From assembly GCF_009914755.1 (NCBI RefSeq), contig NC_060925.1: a stretch of DNA of 64,000 bases. One strand, written 5' to 3'. This document shows positions 1 to 14,409 of this stretch, piece after piece. The translations under genes were made by a program, and so were the position numbers. The stretch is from the human T2T-CHM13v2.0 reference genome, Homo sapiens. The notes beneath the pieces were generated by a model. It saw only the letters and a list, made by a program, of their open reading frames with translations. It did no database searches and had not been told where the DNA came from. Each line of letters starts with the position of its first letter. Position 1 is the stretch's first letter.

Positions 1-671
1 TCTTAGAAAGATATTAGTGAGCTGTGAGGAGCTCCTGGAGCACAGTAGATCTAAAAACATATTTTCCAAATTGAAAAAATAGATAGGTGAGAGCTAATAA
101 AGAAAGTCCATAGGACGCCTCTCAGTCCCCTCTGAACTAGTTAGCATGGATCTATACAACCGCACAACGATGGGGATTGGTGTGTGTGTGTGTGTTCAAT
201 GTTGAAACAGATTTATCTTTCCTAGCAGTTCAGATGCTGCCATTAAGACACACCCTATACCTATTAGCATACGGTAGAACACTCATTTGGGTGCATATCT
301 GCTGTCCTCAGGGTGAAGTGATACACTCTTACTATAGCCCAGCAGATGTCCTTAAGAACTGACTTCACTGTTACTTGGTCAAAGACTATATAATCTGGGC
401 TATAAGGCAAAGTAGGAGAAAAAACATGGATGAAGTACAAACTACCCATAGTGCTAGTAACAGTACCATCATCTATGCATACAAAGGAAAACAACTCCTT
501 TATATCTCTTCTCAGGACATCTAGGAGGAGTGTTTCTGCTATGGTCTCGTCTGGCCAAGAAAGGATGCCCAAGGTGAGGGTCTGAACATGGCTCCTTTGG
601 TCTCTCCCCTGCCTCTCAGACCAGCTGCCCCATCCCCAAATCCCAGAGGCTTCTTGGAGACTTTTCCATAC

Positions 672-784
672 CTCTTTCTTCCTGCAGCCACTGTGGGTGT
701 CCATGATAGTAATAACTTCCATAAGCATATTCCTCCCTCATTGTGGGAGACTGATAGCTCTGATATGAATTCTCATAACCTGGC
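672..784 (-). CDS. SEC16B: SEC16B coding exon (113 bp), (R)[37 protein letters not shown]
   Basis: Minus-strand ttttag acceptor at 785-786 and GTATGG donor at 670-671. The phase continues the preceding exon and the peptide matches SEC16B residues ~100-137 as recalled. Confidence 0.95.
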
Positions 785-1349
785 CTAAAATATCACAAAG
801 AAGACTGGTCAGTTGAGGACAAGGGTAGTAAAGAGAGAAACCAATGAAGAACTTGACAAACTAAACAGGTTCAGAGGACAGAGTTGTGACCCCAGCCTAG
901 AATCTGCTTGAAAGCCACGGTTAATTCTAGATCCTGTAAACAGAATCAAAGCAGGAGTCAGGCCTTTGTTGCACAACAGGAGTAGAATTTTTATAGTACA
1001 ATTTTTTTTACTTAAAACTCTTTTTCTAAAAACCTCTTTTTTATTTAAAACTTTTATTTTGTAGTAAAACTCTCACTCCCCAAACACATACATATTATCT
1101 TAGAAAACTCCATCCTGATATTATCTGAGAAAACCACTTCCTGAGATGACTGTGTTAAGTCTCCAATACACCACCGTAATTTCCATGCTTATCCCAGATG
1201 GAGTTGAGATTTAAAAGTCAAACTGGACTATGTTAAGTCTGATTACTTTTATTGCCTCTGTCCTGAACACGCCTCTCTTTGAGAATTCAACAATCCAAAA
1301 AGACTGGGGAGAGGAACATCATAATATTAATGTTTTTATCAATTAATAA

Positions 1350-1733
<384 letters not shown>

Positions 1734-2459
1734 TAAATATCACCCCAACTGGAAAAGCTGAAGTAGAACATAGACGGCTTCCAACATTCCATGAAATATT
1801 AAGTCCAGTGCTTACAGACCAGGGAAGCAGGAATTCCAGATTCTCCAACCTGGATAGAATGACCTCACTGCAACCTCTTCCTTCCGAACTTGGAGCCTGC
1901 AGGTTTCTATCTGCTTTCCCTGAGGTCAATTTTTTTTAAGTTCCCATTCATTCAATACAGATTATTGGTATGCCTGTTCCATTCCGGGTACTGTCGTAGG
2001 CACTAGGACTCTTCTTGGTGCTGGTAGTGTCATGCTAATCCCAAGGTAGAGTGGTCCAATGACAACGAGGAACTCCTTATAGGGATCTCCAAGAAAAGCT
2101 TTTCCATAGTCTACATAAATGACCTTTTGCAATCCCAGAGCAAGAGGGTTCCATCTGCTGTCTTGAATTTCACCACTGTTTCTACCCTTGACACTGCCTC
2201 CCCAAGCCCCCATACCCAGTGGCATTTGTGATGGCTTCTTTAAGAAGCTCCACTAGGGGAAAAACAGGAGAGAAATACTATCTTCAGTCATCAAAAACAA
2301 ATTTGGGAGAGGACAGGATTTAGCTAAAGCCACGTAGTAAGGTAGAGAAGGAAAAAGAAAAAAGGGGGAGAAAAATAAAAGGAAAAGGAAGAAGGAAAAG
2401 AACAACCTATTCATACGCATTTAGGAGAGTTGCATTCATTCCAAGCCCTAAAGCCATAC

Positions 2460-2758
2460 CTTGAATACAACTGATTGCGATAACCACCTTCGTAATAGTC
2501 AACTCCAGACACAGGCTGATGCCAGTCCCCTGGCCTGGATGCATAATGGGGCTGCTGCTGATGGTCTGCCCTGGGCTCCTGCTGTGGCTGGGGGCTCCCA
2601 CGGTTGTCTTGCCATTGGTGAAACCTCTCTCCATTGTGCCAAGAGTGAGGGACAGGCCGATGATGTCCATCTCTCCGAAACCCTCGGTCTGGATCCTTTG
2701 AGGGTGCTGTGGCCTTCCCTCGTGTCTGGGGCAGCCTCTGGGGAGCCCAAAGTTCCAT
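2460..2758 (-). CDS. SEC16B: SEC16B first coding exon, coding part ([27 protein letters not shown]...YRNQLYSR); full exon 2460-2816
   Basis: ORF 2411..2758 is the SEC16B N-terminus. Polypyrimidine tract plus CAG acceptor at 2817-2818, AG|GTATGG donor at 2458-2459, and an in-frame TAA in the 58-nt UTR upstream of the ATG. Confidence 0.96.
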
Positions 2759-3179
2759 CCTTGACTCTCTGAATTTGTCCTGGGTTTTGAGTAAGTTGTG
2801 CAGTTATTTTATCTTCCTGCAGACAAAAGAAAAAGGAAAAAATCATCACTTGAAGCCTATATCCAAACATAGTGGTTGATTAGGTTTTGTGAAAAGAGCA
2901 GCTATGGTCCTCGAAATATATCTAAAACAAACCATATGGTCACGGATACAGAGAAATCTGAGAAACAATCTCAGATACATGAAGCAAATAACAGACTAGA
3001 CAATTATATTAATATTGCTTAAAAAATTAAAAAGTACATGTGGAACAACGACAGATGAGGGAGGCAAGGGAGACAGATAACAATAATAGGTACAGCTAAA
3101 AATGCTATCAAGGAATCCCAGTTGATGTTTCTTCACATATTCCCCCAGCAAGTGTTTATTTAACACTTACAGCGGAGGC

Positions 3180-3405
3180 CCTGTGGTATCATAAACAGAG
3201 TGGGTCTTGCAGAGAGCTAGATCAGAGTTCAAATCCTAACTCTGCCACTTAACTAGCTAGTTCATTTTTTCAAGCCTCAATTTCCTTACCCATGAAATGG
3301 AGACTGTAAGGACTACCTTGCAAGGTTATTGACAGAGTTAAAGATAACCTATGCGAAGTGCGTAACATGTTACCTAACATGTTAAAATGCTCAATAAATA
3401 GCAGT
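3180..3405 (+). mobile_element. MIR (further MIRs at about 5040-5220, 11270-11500, 12870-13095, 29425-29640, 55290-55520)
   Basis: MIR core: gttcaaatcctaactctgccactt...gcctcaatttcctt...tgaaatgg. Confidence 0.7.
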
Positions 3406-4660
3406 GTTATCAAGGATAAAGATTAGGGTAGTATGAGTGGCTGAAGATGTTTATTAAACAAAAAGAAATTTAGACTGACCTTTTCAAGAAGCACCTTTTC
3501 TGAATCCTTACATTAACCCCCTCAAAGAACTAGAACCTATATAATATGGTCATACCTGCTCCTCCTCCAGAGGAGCCAACAAGAGGCAAATTTGGGATTG
3601 TTTTCATAAGAAAATAGAAGGCCATATCTCAGGATTCTTCCCGGTTGGAGATTTTAAATGCTGAAAGTCTCCCTAGCATCAAACTAATTTTCCCCCACGT
3701 AATCCTGAAAAAGGGAAATTGCTCCAAGGACTGATTACCTTCCAGGTTCCTCTGCCCATTGCACGGGGTAGCGGGGGACAGGGGTTGCACCCACAAAAGG
3801 AAAGCACGCCTCAGATCTTACTCTTGCTCAGGGATTCCTTGTGTCAGGAGCATCCACAGGCTAGGTCGGCCTCGATTTTTTTCTTCCTTAGGAACTGTTT
3901 TAGGTTGCAAGATTCTGATCAAATCAGTTAACTTGTTTCCACTACTGAAGGTCCCAGCCTCATATAAAAATTCATATCAGAACAAAAGGTCAAAAGAGTG
4001 GGTGTTGAAATTGAGACGTCACTCTGCTCAAACACCAGGGAGCCGAGGTCGACAGCTATGAGCCAAGAGCTATGAGACGGCAGAACACACAAGAAGAACA
4101 AGGTGCGGAGGGGGCCTCCCACCTCAAGGTCACTCACAACTCAGGGGAACCTCTGGCTTCCTTCCCATATCATCTCACTCCCTTGAAAAAGCCAGGTGCA
4201 ATGACAGCCTTTGCCAGCAAATCCCAGGAAAGGCCAAATGTCCCAGACACAGGGAAGGGCACATGAGCCTTTTCTGAAGGCTGGTGGAACTCAAAACCAT
4301 TTGGACCAAGTAAGCAGAATGAGAAGAAACCTGCTTTCTCCTTGTCCCCAGATAGTCTCATTAGGCAGCCCTTTCCCAACTGCAAAGGTGCAACACCCAA
4401 TCTTTCCACTGAAATCACATCATTTTGCTGCCAAGAGACATCAACTCCAGCAAATCAGTCCTCAGATTAAGGACACCAAATAAATAACACCTTCGATTCT
4501 CAAAATGAAGGAATTACATCTATGATGACAAATCAGACTCACACATTCATGTAGATGACCTTTCCTAGCCCCAGTAAAGGCAATCTTGCCTTTCCTAATC
4601 TGACGGCACAGCACGTCCAGCTCAAAGAGGGGAAAGAAGGGAGCGAGTGTTCCCACACAC

Positions 4661-4835
4661 CTGCTCTGATGGCTTCCCACCTTCCTTCAGCGCTGCTCCA
4701 GGGACCTGGCCCAAGAGTGCCTCCTCTCCTCTTGGAGACTGTCAAAGTCCAGGTGCCACATCTACCAAGACTCCCCAGGCCCTCAGATCTACATCATGTC
4801 AGTTACCTTTGCAACTGCCCAACCTCCATGGAGCT
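4661..4835 (-). other. SEC16B: Probable non-coding first exon of SEC16B; 5' end uncertain (about 4690-4840)
   Basis: CAG|GTGTGT donor at 4659-4660 in a unique, GC-richer segment 1.85 kb upstream of the exon 2 acceptor, with HNF4 motifs nearby. The TSS cannot be fixed from sequence. Confidence 0.6.
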
Positions 4836-4856
4836 GATTCATTAGGGCAAAGTACA
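4739..4856. promoter_or_regulatory. Two HNF4-type DR1 motifs at the SEC16B promoter
   Basis: CTGTCAAAGTCCA (4739-4751, contains the CAAAGTCCA HNF4-specific core) and AGGGCAAAGTACA (4844-4856). Confidence 0.55.
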
Positions 4857-5853
4857 GCCCAGATACCGCAGCCCAGGACCCGCCTGACTTGACGAATTTG
4901 CTCAGAACCCTGTCAGAGACTGGCGCTTCTGTTTGCCTGAGCATGGGCTGAGCCAGGTTCACTCACATGAGAAATCATCCAAATTCCCACAGCAATCACG
5001 GAAGAGAGACATCAGGAAGAGGAAGTCCAGAAGCCCCAAGGCAGCCTGGTCTGGCGAGAAAAGCACCACCTTTGGGGTGTTAACTCGGGGCTCTACCACT
5101 AGCTGGTTCTGTTACTTAACCTCTCCGAGTTTCAGTTTCTTTTTCTTTAAAATGGGAATGGCAATGCTTAGCTTATGAGGGTCATTACGGGGCTGAAATG
5201 TTGGTAAAGCAGCACATGATATATAGGTAAGTATGCCCTGCAGATCAATATTATCTTTTCCTTCCCAAAGAGACAAGTTAATTCCACTGGTTGAGGCACA
5301 TGGGGAAGGGGACACGCTCACTGGTGGGAGCAAACACCTGGTTTGCCCAGTGTGGGTTTTTCTTATGTATATTTCTCACCACTGGGTTCTGGTTATGTAA
5401 TAAATTCTGTCATCTAGCTGGAAGGCAGATTTATATCCCCAGTACTGAACTGAAGGCACTAAAAAGTTTTCCATTATAACAAGAAAGTAGTTTCTCGCAC
5501 TTGAAATATACATTTCTTCTGCATTATTAAGGTAAACGCAGAAAAGCACATGACTACTTCTGAATTAATATTTTAAAATTCTGAATTTGCTCTTTTAAAA
5601 AATCCCAAATGGTTTATTCTTTCTCTCAACAAATGCTTACTGTGTTCCTATTAAGGGCCAGGATTTGACACACATAAATATAAAAGACACAAATTAGTCT
5701 CTCATGTCTGTCCTTACTAGTCCAGGGAAAACCACCCCTCTTGGGTCTCATGGTCATATAGGGTCATGTACCTAAGCTACAAGATTTTCTCTCAGCCCCT
5801 CAGCTGACTCTAGAACCCAGCAACTGAGCATAGAATTCTCTGACTGTAGCTAA

Positions 5854-6156
<303 letters not shown>

Positions 6157-6555
6157 ACTAATGGTTTCTTACCTCACTCTTGGGCTGTGAAGTTTGGCTC
6201 TCTAATGGCTGCACTGTTGTTTTTAATCCTTCTGGGAAGAGGAACTAGAGAAGAACATGCACATTAACAGCAGGAATCAGAATGTGGGTGATGATTACAC
6301 TGACGTGATATCAAATTATATGTTCTGATATATCACAACAACATTCACAAAAGTTCTTGATGTCACTCTTTTGGCATATAATGTGACATTAGTCTTGCCC
6401 TGTAACACCAGCTGCATTATGGGAATGTTAACTTTGAAAAGGACCTTAGAGGTTATTTTAGCAACTATGCTTTTTTGATGATAAAACCAAGATCCAAACA
6501 AGTGAAATGATTTACCCAAGATCACAAAGTTACCTAGAAGTTCAGTGAAAATTAC

Positions 6556-6770
6556 ACTGGTGTGCTCTAGCTGCCTTGCACACCAGTGCAAGTTTAGTAA
6601 GAGCTGATTATTAAATATTCAGGAATTGTGTGAGCCGGTTGTTAAACCATGGAAAACTTGAAATCCACCATGGTGGGAGTATTTACACCACAGAAATTGG
6701 CAACTGCTACAAAGCAAGGTTGTTGGTGGGTTGCTGGTTTATTTCAGAGAACCTGTTTAGCAGCATACTG
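6556..6770. mobile_element. MER63-like hAT DNA transposon
   Basis: ggtgtgct...gagccggttgttaaac...catggtgggagtatttacaccacagaaattggc. Confidence 0.65.
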
Positions 6771-7497
6771 ATTTGAACCCCAAACTCTTACTTCCTGATT
6801 CAGCATTCTTGCAATTATAGAATTGTCATTCTGTTACTAGCCTTCATTGCACAACCCTGGCTTAAACATCTAGTCAAATTATTCTAAATGCTTATTTTGT
6901 GACATCCCAAAGTATCTCTAATTATCTCTAGAGTTATTATGAAACTCTTCAAACACTCACCAACCAAAATTAATTCTAATTAGCTTTAATTATTCTATAT
7001 AGACATATGGCATACAACAGTTATATGGGTCACAAAATTAACTAGATTGTGATGGGATCTCACCACTCCAAAGGGTTTAGGATTTATCATTTCCTACCTT
7101 CCCAGCCCCACATAACTACAATTACTAAGTCTTTCGACCTGGCAGCTCAATTCTTCCTGATTTCTAAACCAAATTGACCCAGTTTGACAATACATTAGGA
7201 GCTCAATCCCCACCAGGAGGTGGACCAGAATGAGTCTTGCCACCCCAAGTCCTGGCTGCAGTGTTCTTGGATAATCCAGTAGGCTCCCTCATGCCCAAAT
7301 GGCTACAGTCTTCACATCATCCTGCCCCAAGTGCTCTGTCCTCATACTTGATTCCTGCCCTGCATCCCAACTATGCACCAGGATTGGAGTCCTAGAAGTT
7401 TACTAATTTATGTGAATTTCCTTTCCCAGTCTCCATCCTCCTTTCCAAATGCCGGACAGCACTGTCTAGGGTCTAGCTTCAAACAAGAGTAACTGCC

Positions 7498-7869
7498 TGC
7501 TGTGAACTGAATGTCTGTTTCCTCCCAAAATTCATATGTTGAAAACCTAACTCCCAATGTGATGGTATTAGGAGGTAGGCCTCCAAGAAGTAATTAGGGC
7601 ATGAGAGTGGAGCCTTGTCAATGGAATTAGTTCCCTTATAAAAAGACACAAGAGGGTTTGCTTCTCCTCTCTCTCTCTGCTCTCTGGTGTGTAAGAATAC
7701 AACCAAAAGATGGCCATCTGCAAACCAGGAAGTGGCCCTCACCAGACACCAGATCTGCTGGAATCTTGATCTTGGACTTCCCAGCCTCCAGAAGGGTGAG
7801 AAATAAATTTCTGTTGTTTAAGCCCTAGTCTATGGTTTTCTGTTACAGTAACCCAAACTGACTAAGACA
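7498..7869 (+). mobile_element. MLT1A-type MaLR LTR
   Basis: TG...ctaagaca termini with TSD CTGCC/CTACC. Confidence 0.8.
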
Positions 7870-8424
7870 CTACCCTAGTTTGACACCTGTCTAGCAAAAG
7901 TATTATCACTGTTAATGATGCTGCTAATGTTTAGCCACCGGATTAGTGCTGATGGATGTGAACACCCACCTAGATCTAGGTCAGGTTTGCCAGGAATCCT
8001 TGAGCACTGTGATTTAATGACTGGTTACTCTTGCAAAGGGCAGCTCAGCATTTAAGACATCCCTCAGGCTTCATCCTAATCCTTTACTGAAAGTAAAAAT
8101 TTAGAAAACAAGTTGAGAAGATCTACATCAACGTGTTATCAGTAGTTATCCACCAGGTAATGGAATGGTGGATGATTTTATTTTCTTCCTCTTGCTTATC
8201 CATATTTTCTAACTTTTCTACAATAAATGTATATTATTTTAAAAGGCAAAATTAACTGACATTATTTTTAATCAATAGTGTTAGTTCAACCATCAAATGT
8301 GTTATTGTCACATCAGTTACTAATTAGGCATTCAAGCTGCTAAAATGGGACAGTGCTCAAAACTTCCAAGATTGATTAACTGTGCTCAGTCTGCTTTTCT
8401 TGATAGAGGTTGAGTCGTTTGTAC

Positions 8425-9420
8425 ACTGAACAAGTGTTTATTGAACACCTACTATATGCCCATCATTATCACATGCACTGGGGATACAAAGATAAATAAC
8501 ATGCAATACCTGCCCCAAAGAAGCTCTCAATTCAGCAGAGCAGTAGACATTGAATCATAATACAATGAGTCACAGTACAATGCAATAGTAATACAATGTA
8601 ATCATCATTCTAATGGATATATCACTGATTTTTCTAATGGAAGAAGCACAGCGGAAAGCAGGAGACTGGAAATGGTAGGTGTGCTGTTCAAGGCTATTCC
8701 ATAAATCAAGCAGGACAGATGAATGCCTGAACGAGAGCAGCTGTGGAGAGACTGGAGGAGAAGGGACATATAGAATATATATATATATGTTTATAAAATA
8801 TAATCAACATGCATTGATGGTCTGTTGACTGTAGAAGATGAGGGAGAAGGAGAAGTCAAGGATGATCCAAGTTTTCAGGCTGTGGAGATGAAATGCTACC
8901 TTTTTTTTTTATTTTGGCTAATAATCTTAGAAGAGGAGCCAGTTTGGTGGGGAAGATGATGTGTTCAGTTTTGCACATGCTGAATGTGAGGGGCCTGTGG
9001 GACACAGAGGTGAGTATGGTCAATAAGTAGTTCACTGTAATGAGCTCAAGAGAAAGCATGGAGGAGAGATGTGGTGGTTGAAGCCACAGACACAGACAGG
9101 ATCACTGAAGAAATGCTTAGAAGACAAGTCTGAGGAAGGAGCTCTGAGGTGGACATAGAAGAACTGGACACAGAAAGAGGAGCCTATGAAAGACAACATG
9201 GAGGTGCCAGAAAGATGGGCAGATAACCAGAAAAGGATGGTGTCCCAGAAGCCAGAGGTGATGGCTTCAAAAGCAGGACAGTGGTCAACAATGCCAAACC
9301 TAGGAGGAATATTGAGAAAGACAACAAGTAAAAATGTGTTCTCTGGATCACTGGATTTGACAATTAAGAGGTTTGATGATCTTAACGGAACAATTTCAGT
9401 AGGGCCATGGTCAAGGGAGT
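8425..9420 (-). mobile_element. LINE-2 fragments
   Basis: L2 3' end (tttattgaacacctactatatgcc) and a purine-rich degenerate L2 body. Confidence 0.55.
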
Positions 9421-12400
9421 GAGGGATTAGACATAGAAATCACTTCTACAGCATATGGAAATTACGGAAGAGGAGGCAGCAAGTAAAATTACTCTTTCCA
9501 GAACCCTAGATGTGAAGAAAAGGGTTGGGGCTACCATGAGGCACTTGGATTTGAAGAATTGGTTTAGGGTGGACTAGACAAGAGAGGGTTTCTGCTGATT
9601 CATATGAAGAGACTGGAAATACACAATTACTGAAGAAACAAATCTCAGAGAAAATGCATCACATGGGATCCAGAGCACAGGAACAAAAGTTAAACCTAGC
9701 CGAGGAAGGGCACCTGTTCCTCTAAATCAGGGAAAAAGAGGTGAAGATGGGCACAGGTGGAGATAAGTTTGAACATAAGGGGACAGAAACCAAGAATTCC
9801 CTGTGGAGTAGAATGCCAAGTTCTACTGGCCACCTCTAGGGTGAGAATTTGGTAAGAGACTTGAGAAACATTATGACGGTTTGGAATGGCCAGTGTGGAA
9901 TATAGGAGTGGGCTTTAACTAAGAACGTGTGCTCAGAGTAACAAGTGGGCTGGAAATGCAGCTGTTATTGAACACCTAGGCTGACTTCAAGCTCCATGGG
10001 GATGTCAGCCTTCTGTGCTTTGTTCCATGCAATATTCGCAGTGCCTTGCACAGTGCCTGGCATATGACAAGAGCTCGATAAAATTTTATTTATAAATGAA
10101 TGGACACCTTAAATGTATACCAGCAACAGCTTATACTGTATGACTGTACCCAATAGTTTTCATAGCCTGAGTATAGAATTAAATATTGAAAGAGAGTTTC
10201 CAGAGAAAGTAAAAGAGAAGGCTGAGGCAGTGAGTTTAGGGGGCTGACCTAAGTGTGGATAAAGGGCTGCTGTGTGGGATATAAATGAGACACAAACAGA
10301 CACAAATTATCTGCATACTTTATGAAAATGAAGTCCCTAGCTAATCTTGAGAGGCCCACTCCAACAAGACAGTGAAAGAAAAACATTACATTACAATAAT
10401 TTTTTAAAAATTCTTAATCAAAGTGGGAATGATGAGATAATGGCCACACATGTATTTCCAGCAACATCTGATGCATTGTGGCTCTTTTTAGTCAGCAAGC
10501 ATCTCATATTTCTGACTCCAAGAATGAATCAGGGAGTGACGGTTTAGTGCAGAGCAGCCTCTTGACTCCAACTAAGCTACCCCCTGGAAACAGTCCTGGG
10601 ATATGGAACTCTCATGGCCTCAGCCAGTGTTGGCCACCAAGACTCCAGCCCCTTGCTTCAGGTGAGCTGGGTGGCAGACAAGATGCAGAGCGTCCTGTGC
10701 TGCTCAGCTGTTCTAGTTATTAGGAGGGAGTGTGCCAAGAAAAGATGGTGCCTGTGCCAGAGACAATTAGCCTGGCACAGGTGCCATAAGCTACCAGTGC
10801 CAGTCCTGGGATTGTTACTCTTACCACAACCTTAGGAGTGAAGGTTTAGGCACAATGCAGGCTTCCTACAGGACCAAGGCACCCTGTGGTTGCACCCACA
10901 AAGGACTCCTTCAAATGCCACCTACGTAGCTGCCTGCAAACCTGCCTGCTCTGCATCCACCTCTGCTGCCAAGAGCTGGAGAGGCAGTCTATCATTCAAG
11001 AAGAATGACTCTATGCTTCCTTATTAGCCCTAGGCTGGCAGAGGTGGCCCAACCTCCTCCTCTCTTCACCCCTCCCGTTTGATTGATGCCCCCTATATCA
11101 AGAACAGTGGGTGGCAGATGGATGCTGCTGTGACTTCTGACCCCATGTCAAGCTCCAGCAGGCAGAGGTGACTCATAAACCCACTAAGTGAAGTAGGACT
11201 GGAATATTCTTGGAATGTTCTCTCAGCTGCAGGTCGACAGGATGTAAATTCCCCAAAGGAGCAAGACAACTTGGTGGTCCTGGAATAAAGTTGTCCAGGT
11301 GTGAATCCCAGTCCTACTATGCTGGTTGTGTGAAGTTGGGCAAATTACTCTGCATCTCCTTTTCTTCATCTGTAAAATAGGGATAATAATAGAACCTCCT
11401 ACCTCACAGAGTTATTATAAGGGTAAAATTAGATTAAAACCCTACAAAGTGTTTGGCAAATCACAAAATGCACAATAAATGTTAACAGTTATTATTTCCC
11501 TGGAAATACCATAAATTGCCTAAGAAGTATTCTGCACAAGTCATCAGTAAGGGATTAACTGATTATTCATCACTGCTGTGAAATCTACAATTTCTCCTTG
11601 ACACTTAATCCAATGCCCCCATTGAGCCATGAGATCAAAAAGAAATAGAGAAAATGTGTCATACAACAACACAGGAAAAAAATAATGGGCTAAGGTGAAA
11701 ACAACAAAATTAGAAACTTTAAGAAAATGCAGCCCAGTGCTTCTCACACTGGAGTACTTGTTGTTTCAGGAACAATGCAGGATGCCACGGATACTCATCA
11801 ATTTTCTTTTCTAAACAATTTTAATAGTATCTTAATTTAAAACAAATACAAATGTTTTGGAGTGAAATTCAAATTTGCCTTAATTTTTAAGATGAAGCAT
11901 GATACTTCAAAGAAACTTTACATGTGCAATGGGACAGATACACATACACACACATTCACACACACATACCCTGTACCCCCAGAAGTCACTCCCTGCCATT
12001 TGTTGGAAAATTTTGAGAGATGCACTCTAAACAGAAGCAGACATTCAGATACACAGAACCAATGAGCTGGAAAGGATCTGTGGAAAGTCTCCATCCCTGC
12101 AGGCGAAGCAGTGTCTAAGCCAGACAGACTCAAGCCAAGGCCCTCATGCACACATGGCTCTTTCATTTACAGTCATAGAACTTCAACTACTCTCTATTGC
12201 TGGATAAAAAATATCATATTATATAAGATACTAGAAGGTACCTAGGGGGCTAGTGACACTCTCAGTTTACCTGAGATGGGTAGTATTTGTCCTTCAAGGA
12301 AAGTAGGTCTTTCAGCTCCATATAGAAACACAACCCAGTATTTTAGAGTCCAGATGTTACTTCCTGATGCATGATACACACAGTCACATGGGACTCGGAC

Positions 12401-13201
12401 TCTCATTGCAGCTGTCTGAATAGGGTAGACAGCCCCCATACCACTCAGCAATCTGCTCCTCTCTGGGTACAGAGCTGTGATCTTGTTTATATCTCCTTAA
12501 AAACTGTCCTTTCCTTCATCATTTTGGGAAGTAGCAAAGGCCCAAAGGAAAGAAAATAGAAAATGAAACCTGGATTTGGTTTTAACTACACCATTTGCTA
12601 GCCATGTGCCTTTGGAAAAATCGCCTAATCTCTATGAGCCCATCTTTTAAATGAAATTTTTAAATGAGATTTTAAAAATGAAATCTCATTTAAAAGGACT
12701 GTGATGTGGATGAAATGATACATGGAAAAACACCATAGAAAGTGCCTATTAATTACAGGAGTGGGTTTTCAATAAATCTTTGCTCTTCTCTCTTTCAGGT
12801 TACTTATATTCTGTTAAAGGTGTGAGAAGCTAAACTATATACAAAGCTCATGACTTTGGTACACTATGGGAATTGAGAGCTCAGGCTTTGCAGTCAGAAT
12901 TGGATTTGGGTTCCAATGCCTCTGCTGATTAGCTGTGAGCCTTCAGGCAAGTTATTTAACCTCTCAGGCTAAGTGTCCCCATTTGCTAAATGAGTGTATA
13001 ATAATGAATATCTTCATGAGATTGTTGTAGAATAAATGAGATAATGTACTGTGCATGGCCTGTAGGAGGTGCACAATAAGTATTTGATAAATAAATTAAT
13101 GCATGATCTAGGAAAAGCACTCAGCACACTCCCTGTACCTTGGTAAGTGTCCAACAAATGGTTGGTATCAACGTTGTTTAAAAGAGCATAGCACTATTTC
13201 T

Positions 13202-13480
13202 AGCAGGGCATGATGGCTCATGCCTGTAATCCCAGGAATTTGGGAGGCTGAGGCAGGAGGATTGCTGAGGCCAGAAGCTCAAGAAACCCTGGTCAACATA
13301 GTAAGACCCTGTCTCTACAAAAAAGAAAAAATTAATTGGGCATGGTGGCTCACACCTGTAGTCTTACCTAATTGGGAAGCTTTGGTGGAAGGATCACTTG
13401 AGCCCAGGAGTTCAAAGTTGCAGTGAACTATGATCATACTGCACTCAAGCCTGGGTGACAAAGTAAGACCCTGTCTCAAA

Positions 13481-13515
<35 letters not shown>

Positions 13516-13516
13516 A
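13202..13516 (+). mobile_element. AluJ with (TAAA)n tail
   Basis: Diverged Alu dimer; tail expanded to about 9 TAAA units. Confidence 0.9.
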
Positions 13517-14409
13517 TAGCATAGCAGAAAAGTTCATTTCTAGGCTGTTCAGAGTATATGTTCTTATTTAGCTTTTATCATAGCAGTTCATATTTAACTT
13601 TTATCTTAGCTATTCTTCATTATTGACATAATCTAATCTGAGGTTATTGTTTTTAATTTTTATTCTGCTCTGTCGCTCATCATAATAATCCATTGCAGTC
13701 ATAGCTTATCTTTCCCAGAGATGCCTATCCTTAGCTCATTATTTTCATTACCCAGTGGCATCAGTAGAATGTCCATTTTAGAGGCAATAAAAGTGATACT
13801 TTTACCAAATTCACAGAGTGTGTCAGTACCAGTCATCAAGTAGAGGAAAATCAACCACAGGTCTTCTATTGGAATGCTTTTGCTCGGAAGAGCATATGGC
13901 TTAGTAATAGCCATGTAATATAGTAATATATTTAACACAAAAATGCAATTATTTAAAATCTATTTCATGTGAATACAATAACTATAACCTTCAAAGTTAT
14001 CAGTCAGTGTAAATAGGTTCATTCAACCTGATGATAGATAGATAGATATTAAATCATAAAAATAAGAATTCAAAGATTAATTTCTGACAAATGGGACAAG
14101 TTCTCCTTGTATAAAGGTTCATACTATTTTGCAGGTTCTACTGTTCTGCCCACTGTTCCATGTACAGAAATGGCCCGTGTGTGTACAGTGTGGATGCATA
14201 CATGTGTTTAAATGGTACTCACATCCCTTGCTCTATCAGTCTGGAATGAGTGGCTGCAAATATAGCAAAGCTCCCCAGCAGTGCTGTTCTAATGCTAAAT
14301 TTAGCATAGCAGGACAATTTCCATAGAAGCCACTTATGATGCCAAAAAACCAAATTCAAATTTCAGGTTCTGGAGGACATTGAAGGGCACAAGAAGATGA
14401 TTTTCTAAG

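Noticed and set aside
7210-7222. CTCF-like CCACCAGGAGGTG (also CCACTAGGGGAAA near 2250)
   Set aside because: Partial matches expected by chance in 64 kb, with no supporting evidence.
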